Virus record (IMG/VR): IMGVR_UViG_3300029339_000415
DNA: 64,000 bases
Source: a virus
Reading direction: 5' to 3' (one strand)
Part shown: positions 57,513-64,000 of the stretch, in pieces
How the letters are laid out: each line of letters begins with the position of its first letter
Position numbering within the stretch: position 1 is the stretch's first letter
The notes under the pieces: model-generated
What the model was told of the DNA's origin: nothing
The model's database searches: none
What the model saw: the letters and a program-made list of their open reading frames with translations, nothing else
Made by a program: the position numbers and the translations under genes

Positions 57513-57707
57513 ATGAAAGGTAAATATAAAGGCTGTGACATAGAAGTAGGACTAGATAGTTCAGGTTTCTTAATCTTTGCAGTGTTCGATAATGGATACG
57601 AAGTGACAAGTGGATTTTCTGATAGTAGTGATACTGTAAGGGATTATTTTAGTTATATGAAAAGTGTAGTAGATGACTATAAAGAACATCCAGAAGATTA
57701 CGAATAG
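57513..57707 (+). CDS. hypothetical protein (64 aa)
   Basis: SD TTAGGAGAATAACA. Confidence 0.4.
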   Translation: MKGKYKGCDIEVGLDSSGFLIFAVFDNGYEVTSGFSDSSDTVRDYFSYMKSVVDDYKEHPEDYE

Positions 57708-57717
57708 GAGAAGTAAA

Positions 57718-57993
57718 ATGAGATTAATTGATGTAGACAAGTTGAGTTTTCATTGTAACTACGAAGGTGATTGCTCAGCAGATATATCACACTGTCAAGA
57801 GTGGTGTAGTAATTACGTGTTAGATTATAGAGATATAAAAGACCAACCAACAGCTTATGACATTGATAGAATTGTAGGGCAGTTGAAAATGGACTCTTCT
57901 GTAAAACTGTATGGAAGTGGTAACAGCAATAATTATCTTATTCCTCTTGAAAGGGCGATTGAGATAGTAAAGGCAGGTGGAACATGTCAATAG
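57718..57993 (+). CDS. hypothetical protein (91 aa)
   Basis: ATG after SD TAGGAGAAGTAAA. Confidence 0.4.
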   Translation: MRLIDVDKLSFHCNYEGDCSADISHCQEWCSNYVLDYRDIKDQPTAYDIDRIVGQLKMDSSVKLYGSGNSNNYLIPLERAIEIVKAGGTCQ

Positions 57994-58271
57994 GCGATGG
58001 AAGAAAAACATATTCAGACAGTACATTAAAGTCTATGACAAAAGACGAGCTGATTGATATTATTCGCTGCTTAGAAAGTAATCTCAGAAATGCTCATGAG
58101 ACAAATAATATTCAGTATGAGCATTGTAAGAGCTTGTTGAATCAAGAGAAGAATAAAACACTTGATGAAGTTCTAAAGGCTTGTGACATTGAATGTGGAC
58201 TTTATAGTGGTGATGTTAAAAATCTTACAAGACACGTTTTAATGAGTGTGTTAAATGGATTGAGAGAATAA
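57984..58271 (+). CDS. hypothetical protein (95 aa)
   Basis: overlapping start. Confidence 0.4.
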   Translation: MSIGDGRKTYSDSTLKSMTKDELIDIIRCLESNLRNAHETNNIQYEHCKSLLNQEKNKTLDEVLKACDIECGLYSGDVKNLTRHVLMSVLNGLRE

Positions 58272-58314
58272 GTAATTGTAAACAATAATTTTTATATCAT
58301 AGGAGGAAATAAAT

Positions 58315-58932
58315 ATGATGAACAATTTTTTAAATGGTATGTTTGGCAAGGTAGGAAGTGGAATGTGTAGACTTTCTATGAATGGTGGAATTGCAGTTAA
58401 GACAAATGGTGGTTATAAGACATATAACATCAAGACTGGCAAGCTCACAAACTGTAGTAACTTTGTATTTGATATTGGAGAGGAATTCTTCTTTATTATT
58501 CCAACTAATAAGGTAGAGAAGGGTGACATTATTCTTGTAAATGGCAAGCCTAGATGTGTTATTGAAGCTGATAAGACAAAGATTACGGTCATTAATTATG
58601 AGGACTCAACAATCGAAACTGTACTTCCTGAAAGACATGTATTTATGGGTAATACATATTTTTATGGCAAGATTGTTTCAATGTTTGGTAGTGACATTAT
58701 CAAGGGTAAGAAAGGTACAAACAATATCTTAAAGTATATGATGCTTTCTCAGATGATGAAAGGTGATAATGGTTCTACTGGCATGATGAATGGCAATGGT
58801 GGAATGAGTTCTATGTTACCTCTTATGATGATGGGTGGAAATATGGGTGACATGTTTGACGGAATGCTCGACTTTGATATGAGTGGCAATGATGACGATG
58901 ATACAGAAGTAGACGAAGAGGAGGAAGCGTAA
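58315..58932 (+). CDS. hypothetical protein with Gly/Met-rich and acidic tail (205 aa)
   Basis: SD TAGGAGGAAATAAAT; C-terminal MMNGNGGMSSMLPLMMMGGNMGDM low-complexity. Confidence 0.45.
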   Translation: MMNNFLNGMFGKVGSGMCRLSMNGGIAVKTNGGYKTYNIKTGKLTNCSNFVFDIGEEFFFIIPTNKVEKGDIILVNGKPRCVIEADKTKITVINYEDSTIETVLPERHVFMGNTYFYGKIVSMFGSDIIKGKKGTNNILKYMMLSQMMKGDNGSTGMMNGNGGMSSMLPLMMMGGNMGDMFDGMLDFDMSGNDDDDTEVDEEEEA

Positions 58933-58933
58933 T

Positions 58934-59812
58934 ATGGGATGTGGTTCATGGACAAGAGATAGTTATGTAAGTTATTCAACAACAAAGGGTATGAATGTTT
59001 CAACGGATGGTATGATTAGCGGTTCTTATTCTAATCAGGACATGTTTAAGGCAAGAAATATTGATTCTGCACTTGATCCTAAGAATGTTATTAGAGAGTG
59101 TTGCGATACAGAGGAACATCCAAACACAATTCCTGTTATTCTTGCTTTAGACGTTACTGGGAGCATGGGAGAGGCTGCTGTTGAGGTAGCAAAGAAGTTG
59201 AATGTAATTATGACTAAGTTATATGAAAAGGTTACAGATGTTGAGTTCCTTATCATGGGTATTGGTGATTTAGCTTGTGATAGCTGTCCAATTCAGGCTT
59301 CACAGTTTGAGTCTGATATTCGTATTGCTGAACAGCTTGACAAGATTTATTTCGAGTTTGGCGGTGGTGGAAATAGTTATGAATCCTACACAGCAGCATG
59401 GTATTTCGGCTCTCGTCACACAAAGCTTGATTGCTTAAACCGTGGAAGAAAAGGAATTATTATTACAATGGGTGATGAGCAGTTAAATCCATATCTTCCA
59501 TTAAAAGGTTATAGAAGTGGCTTAATTGAAGCAACAGGTGATAATCTTCAGGCAGATGTGGAGACAAAAGATTTATATAATGAAGCTTCTCAGAAGTTTA
59601 ACATCTATCATTTAGATGTTGTTCATCGTCATAGATGGGATGAGGATGAGATTGAAAAGTCTTATAAGAAGTATCTTGATGATACTCATTTTAGAAGAGT
59701 AAATATGGACAGTATTACAAATGAGATTGTAGATATTATTGTTAATGAAGCAGAGAATAATGTAACAGATACAGTTGCTACACCTTCTAACTCGGAAGGA
59801 ATTACTTGGTAG
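58934..59812 (+). CDS. von Willebrand factor A (vWA) domain protein
   Basis: MIDAS motif LALDVTGSMGE; later GGGGNSYESY and IIITMGDEQ. Confidence 0.6.
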   Translation: MGCGSWTRDSYVSYSTTKGMNVSTDGMISGSYSNQDMFKARNIDSALDPKNVIRECCDTEEHPNTIPVILALDVTGSMGEAAVEVAKKLNVIMTKLYEKVTDVEFLIMGIGDLACDSCPIQASQFESDIRIAEQLDKIYFEFGGGGNSYESYTAAWYFGSRHTKLDCLNRGRKGIIITMGDEQLNPYLPLKGYRSGLIEATGDNLQADVETKDLYNEASQKFNIYHLDVVHRHRWDEDEIEKSYKKYLDDTHFRRVNMDSITNEIVDIIVNEAENNVTDTVATPSNSEGITW

Positions 59813-59829
59813 GATAGGAGATTTAAAAG

Positions 59830-60921
59830 ATGAAAGACATTAAGATTGTATGTGGATCGAATTGGGGAGACGAAGGAAAAGGTTTAATGACAGATTATTT
59901 CTCACAGAAACCTAATAGTATTGTTGTTTGTTCAAATGGTGGTGCTCAGAGAGGACATACCGTAACGACTCCTGACAGAATCAGACATGTCTTTCATCAT
60001 TTTGGATCTGGAACATTCAATAATGCAAGTACATATTTATCTGAGGATTTTATTGTTAATCCAATTATTTTTAAGCAGGAATATGATGAATTGATGAAAT
60101 TAGGATATGTCCCAAATGTTTATATCAATCAAGATTGTATGTTGACTACACCTTTTGATATGATGGCAAATCAGATTATAGAGGAAAATCGTGGAAAAAA
60201 TAAACATGGTAGTTGTGGCTTGGGAATTTTTGAAACTATCAAAAGATATAAAGCTGGCATAACTGATGTAGATAATCAAATCAGAGAATATTACTTAGAA
60301 CAATTTGAAAGAGAGAATATTATATTAACAGATGAATGGTCAAGAATATTCTTTGATAATGGTATATTTGAACACTTTTTAGATGATTGGGATTTTATGA
60401 ATAATCACTCATTGGCTATATCAGATAATTATTTCTTAAATCAATTTGACAATATTGTATTTGAAGCTGCACAAGGTTTATTACTTGATCAGAACAACAC
60501 AGAATATTTCCCACATCTAACACCGTCTAATACAGGTATTAAAAATCCCAAGAGAATAATTGAAAATGTTGAATGGAATGAAGAAATAAATATTGAAACT
60601 TGTTATGTATCTCGTACTTATTTAACAAGACATGGTGTTGGCAAATTTCCATCTGAATGTAATAAGAGATTTATCAATGAATATATGTTTGATAAAACAA
60701 ATGTGCCAAACCCATTCCAGGATACATTGAGATATGGAACACTTGATTTAGGAGAATTATATAGTAGATGCTCTAATGATATAGGAAATTTTGGAGATAA
60801 AAAATCAATCGCCATTACACATTGTAATGAATATGATTGGGATAATGATAAGTTGATTGAGTTATTCAAGGATTGGACCATTTATTACTCAGATGGCGAA
60901 ACACATAATGATGTGAACTGA
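59830..60921 (+). CDS. adenylosuccinate-synthetase (PurA) family enzyme, short form; candidate PurZ-like
   Basis: P-loop GSNWGDEGKGL, GGAQRGHTV, FEAAQGLLLD, SRTYLTRHGVGKFPSE; only 363 aa; PurA guanine-specificity TKLDVLD replaced by ITHCNEYD. Confidence 0.65.
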   Translation: MKDIKIVCGSNWGDEGKGLMTDYFSQKPNSIVVCSNGGAQRGHTVTTPDRIRHVFHHFGSGTFNNASTYLSEDFIVNPIIFKQEYDELMKLGYVPNVYINQDCMLTTPFDMMANQIIEENRGKNKHGSCGLGIFETIKRYKAGITDVDNQIREYYLEQFERENIILTDEWSRIFFDNGIFEHFLDDWDFMNNHSLAISDNYFLNQFDNIVFEAAQGLLLDQNNTEYFPHLTPSNTGIKNPKRIIENVEWNEEINIETCYVSRTYLTRHGVGKFPSECNKRFINEYMFDKTNVPNPFQDTLRYGTLDLGELYSRCSNDIGNFGDKKSIAITHCNEYDWDNDKLIELFKDWTIYYSDGETHNDVN

Positions 60922-60951
60922 GAGCAAGAAAGATTCGTTTCTTGCGGAAAT

Positions 60952-61299
60952 ATGGAGGCAAAAATGACAAAGAAAAAAGAATTATGCAGAGTGAAACTTA
61001 TGAAAATGTTTGAAGATAGTTATTATGATCTTGAGCAGAAAAATATTATCTTAAATTCAATTAGGGTAGCAACATTAGATGATGAACAGCATCTTGAAAA
61101 AATGATTCCATTTGATATTCAAGTAGCAGGTGAAAATGGATTTCGTGTTAAACCATACTTTTCAAAAGGAAAGTTTCTTATTATGTACGACTATGTGGTG
61201 GAAGCATATAAGGTTACAATTCCAGCTAATGCATTTCCTTATCATATGAATGAGAATGGAGATTTTGAAATCTGCATTCCGAGCGCAGAGAATAAATAA
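60952..61299 (+). CDS. hypothetical protein (115 aa)
   Basis: SD ATATGGAGGCAAAA; preceded by GCAAGAAA-N6-TTTCTTGC hairpin. Confidence 0.4.
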   Translation: MEAKMTKKKELCRVKLMKMFEDSYYDLEQKNIILNSIRVATLDDEQHLEKMIPFDIQVAGENGFRVKPYFSKGKFLIMYDYVVEAYKVTIPANAFPYHMNENGDFEICIPSAENK

Positions 61300-61324
61300 G
61301 AATGGTGTCAATGGAGGTAAAACA

Positions 61325-61897
61325 ATGGAGAAATTTTATATTGTAACAAATGAGAAATTCCTAAAAGAGATTAATGATTATAGAAAACATGAAGAAGAAA
61401 GAAGAATAGTAGCAAATAATTTTTTTGAGAACAAAGGTATTGTAGGGGAAGAATATTATATTAGTGGAGATGGATTTGTAAATCGCCCATTTAAAGAGCA
61501 TGAAAAGAATAATATCAGATTATATATATCTGATTGCAATGAAAATGATCAGAAATTTGGAAAAGAGTTACTGAAGCCAACGAAACTATTCAGTGATTCT
61601 GATGTGTTAATGAGAAAGTTTAGAGCTAACAGCAAGACTTTAAAAGAGTTTCAGAATTTATGCATCGAAAAGAATATTGTCATTAACAATCATTCGATTC
61701 GTGAAGGAGATTATTTTAAGGAACTACATTTAGGTGGGTATTCAGTTTCAAGGTTTGAGTATGAGAATAAGTTATATTTAAAAATTTCTACAACAAAATA
61801 TGAAACTATTACACCAGATGATGATACAAGTTTTACAGAAATTAAAGGCAGCGAATTTTATAAAGTGCTTGAAGAATTTGAATCGAAGAATAAGTAA
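61325..61897 (+). CDS. hypothetical protein (190 aa)
   Basis: ATG after SD AATGGAGGTAAAA. Confidence 0.45.
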   Translation: MEKFYIVTNEKFLKEINDYRKHEEERRIVANNFFENKGIVGEEYYISGDGFVNRPFKEHEKNNIRLYISDCNENDQKFGKELLKPTKLFSDSDVLMRKFRANSKTLKEFQNLCIEKNIVINNHSIREGDYFKELHLGGYSVSRFEYENKLYLKISTTKYETITPDDDTSFTEIKGSEFYKVLEEFESKNK

Positions 61898-61925
61898 ATA
61901 TCGGTTTCTTTTGGGAGGTGAAAAA

Positions 61926-62210
61926 GTGAGAATAGAAGAAATTGCTTTAAGACAAGAAGCGAGACAAATGTTATGTGAAGCTGGTTTAAGTAAAGAGAAA
62001 CTTAAAGAACTGGTATTAAAAGATATAGATGATAAAGTAATTCAAGCGATTGAAAGTAAAATCAAGGGTGTTGATTTTGAACAAATGATTATGGATAGAG
62101 TTGATAGAGCTTTAACCAAAGCAGTTGATGATATTGTTCGAAGAGAAGTAGAGGGATATTTTTATAACAGAAGGCTCAATATTAGTGCAACTGCTTCATT
62201 TGAAGAATAA
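61926..62210 (+). CDS. hypothetical protein (94 aa)
   Basis: GTG after SD TTGGGAGGTGA. Confidence 0.4.
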   Translation: MRIEEIALRQEARQMLCEAGLSKEKLKELVLKDIDDKVIQAIESKIKGVDFEQMIMDRVDRALTKAVDDIVRREVEGYFYNRRLNISATASFEE

Positions 62211-62259
62211 AAAATTGCAGTAAATTTCGATTTCTTGCGAATGAAAGGAGAATATACAT

Positions 62260-62613
62260 ATGAATGAAGAAATTAAGAATGACGAAGTAGAAGAAGTTAA
62301 TCCAGTAGATGAGTATTTAAATGATTATAAAGAACAGAAACTTGCTGAATTTTGTGTTCAGAAAGATAAAGAGATTGCAAACCGTAAGGAAGAAAGACAG
62401 AAACTCATGGAACAGATTTCAGATATGAAAGTTACGGTTAAGCAGCATGACGAAACATGGAATAATATGGATAGTTTGTATGCCAAGATTAAGAAATTAT
62501 CTGTAAATGATTATTTGAAGTTATATCATATGATGAATAACGATATTGCAGGAAATTACTCAACAATTACAACTGTACTTCCTGGTTATGTTGGTATCAA
62601 TGGTAATCGGTAA
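62260..62613 (+). CDS. hypothetical coiled-coil protein (117 aa)
   Basis: SD AAAGGAGAATA. Confidence 0.4.
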   Translation: MNEEIKNDEVEEVNPVDEYLNDYKEQKLAEFCVQKDKEIANRKEERQKLMEQISDMKVTVKQHDETWNNMDSLYAKIKKLSVNDYLKLYHMMNNDIAGNYSTITTVLPGYVGINGNR

Positions 62614-62669
62614 AGTAAGAGTACATGAAACTGACATTTCTTGGTGCAATTTTAAAGGAGATTTATAGA

Positions 62670-62843
62670 ATGAGTGATATTTGCAAAGATAGAGAGGCTT
62701 TAAGATCTAAATATGAACAGTTTATTCAGACTGAAAGAGGCAAGGAATGGAAACATTTTTGGCAAAGTCAAACAGGTTCAGAAAGAAGTGGGGATTTTGG
62801 TGATTATTTGTATGACTTTTATCCAGAAATGTTGAATATATAG
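62670..62843 (+). CDS. hypothetical protein (57 aa)
   Basis: ATG after SD AAAGGAGATTTA. Confidence 0.35.
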   Translation: MSDICKDREALRSKYEQFIQTERGKEWKHFWQSQTGSERSGDFGDYLYDFYPEMLNI

Positions 62844-63182
62844 TTGGAGGTGAGAAATATATTAAAGAATATTGAAAATATTATAATTTCAAGAGCAACA
62901 GATGACGAAAAATTAGAGGCTTTAAAGCAATATGAAGATGATATAAGAACAGCGAAAGATATTATCAATGGCAAACTTACATATTGTGAGGAGTGCAAGG
63001 ACTATTATCTTACAAAATCTTTCTTTTCAGAAAAGGAAAGTATTCCTACAGAAATTTGTACATATCGAGATCCGATTAATTCAGGCGGCAATGATTATGT
63101 AGATGGATATGTTGATATTGTATATAGTGTATGTCCTAAAGGTCATAAACATGTAGTTAATAGAAAAGAGAGAAGAAAATAA
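62844..63182 (+). CDS. hypothetical zinc-ribbon protein; start codon unclear
   Basis: ORF opens inside SD TTGGAGGTGAG; no in-frame ATG/GTG near SD (ATA where paralog has GTG). Confidence 0.3.
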   Translation: MEVRNILKNIENIIISRATDDEKLEALKQYEDDIRTAKDIINGKLTYCEECKDYYLTKSFFSEKESIPTEICTYRDPINSGGNDYVDGYVDIVYSVCPKGHKHVVNRKERRK

Positions 63183-63209
63183 GAGAATATATAATTGGAG
63201 GTGAGAAAT

Positions 63210-63494
63210 GTGATTCAAGTAATTGAGACAAATTTGAGCATTGATAAAGACGATATTATAAGAGATCATCAGTCACGAATTGTTGAAGTTGAAGATTGGG
63301 ATACATATTGCAAAGCATTTGAAGAATATAATGGTGAAGCTGTTTATTTTAAGTCAAAATCTATGCGTGGTTGCAGTATCTTATCGAATTGTACAATGAC
63401 AGATTTGATATATGATGACATTCATTTATCTTGTATGATCTTACACCAATCAGGTTTTATTACGAAGAAACTTGCATATAGAATTGTTTTATAA
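63210..63494 (+). CDS. hypothetical protein (94 aa), paralog leader of 62844 gene
   Basis: GTG after SD TTGGAGGTGAGAAAT. Confidence 0.4.
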   Translation: MIQVIETNLSIDKDDIIRDHQSRIVEVEDWDTYCKAFEEYNGEAVYFKSKSMRGCSILSNCTMTDLIYDDIHLSCMILHQSGFITKKLAYRIVL

Positions 63495-63607
63495 TCTATG
63501 ATTCATTCGAATCACAATTTCCAATAAAAATGAAAATCAAATAGAGAATAAGTAAGTGAAAGGAGTGAGTGGCAGCCTTAAAGATATATCGCTCTGAGTA
63601 AATTACA

Positions 63608-64000
63608 ATGTACGAACCAGTAATTAAATGGAGTGGAAGTAAAAGAAGTCAGGCTGAAAAGATTTTAACATTTTTTCCAAAAGAGATTGATACCTATTAT
63701 GAACCGTTTTGTGGTGGAGCTTCAGTTTTAAGAAGACTTCTCGACAGTGATATACAAGTTAAGCATTATATGTGTAGTGATTTGAATAATGGGTTGATTG
63801 ACTTATGGAATGAAATCATCAACAATCCATTAGAAGTTTCTTCTTATTATAAGAAGCTTTGGAATGAATTAAATGCAGATGACAACAAGCAACGAAAGAA
63901 AGAATATTTTGCCAATGTCAGGGACAGATACAACAAAGAGCATAATCCATTAGATTTTATGTTTATTATGAGAACAACAACCAATGGTATGCCAAGATAT
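63608..64000 (+). CDS. Dam-family adenine methyltransferase (third), 3-prime partial at window end
   Basis: KWSGSKRSQAEKILTFFP...YYEPFCGGASV N-terminal Dam signature; runs off window. Confidence 0.55.
   Translation, partial: MYEPVIKWSGSKRSQAEKILTFFPKEIDTYYEPFCGGASVLRRLLDSDIQVKHYMCSDLNNGLIDLWNEIINNPLEVSSYYKKLWNELNADDNKQRKKEYFANVRDRYNKEHNPLDFMFIMRTTTNGMPRY

Noticed and set aside
4236-62660. Possibility that the recurrent AAGAAA/TTTCTT motif is a CRISPR-like array
   Set aside because: Copies are irregularly spaced (hundreds to thousands of bp), sit in front of genes, and are degenerate. No repeat-spacer periodicity.
62844-62858. TTG at 62844 as the true start codon
   Set aside because: It lies inside the SD sequence TTGGAGGTGAG itself. 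The real initiation codon is probably a downstream non-ATG (ATA where the paralog has GTG) or the gene is inactive.
373-64000. All other minus-strand track ORFs (e.g. 373-597, 2315-2716, 28775-29068, 34590-34976, 55260-55592)
   Set aside because: Each lies wholly inside a well-supported plus-strand gene, lacks an SD, and has low-complexity antisense composition. Treated as shadow ORFs.

Overview
The window is AT-rich (about 33% GC, Firmicutes/Clostridia-like) and reads as part of a large temperate phage or prophage accessory/early region. More than 140 short ORFs lie on the + strand and only one real gene on the - strand. Almost every gene is preceded by an extended SD of the form GATTGGAGGTGA. 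No capsid, tail, terminase or replication genes are present.

Recognisable content:
- Toxin/antitoxin-type genes: a RelE/HigB-like toxin with an HTH antitoxin, HicA, and an orphan MazF.
- A lysogeny module: tyrosine integrase, a divergent XRE repressor, and a shared terminator.
- An ECF-type sigma factor fused to a DUF262 (GmrSD/ParB-like) domain.
- An SPFH protein and a LemA protein.
- A tRNA-like gene with an irregular anticodon arm.
- An RNA-end/ADP-ribose toolkit: Pol-beta nucleotidyltransferase, class II CCA-adding enzyme with HD domain, NrnA-like DHH/DHHA1 phosphoesterase, TARG1-like macro domain, and a calcineurin-like phosphoesterase.
- At least six DNA methyltransferases, including a DNMT3-like C5-MTase whose motifs I-III sit C-terminal to motifs IV-X.
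- A vWA protein.
- A short PurA-family enzyme with altered guanine-specificity residues, a candidate PurZ (2-aminoadenine pathway).

A palindromic AAGAAA-N-TTTCTT motif recurs upstream of many genes. Most remaining ORFs are small, often acidic or Cys-rich, and have no recognisable domain.
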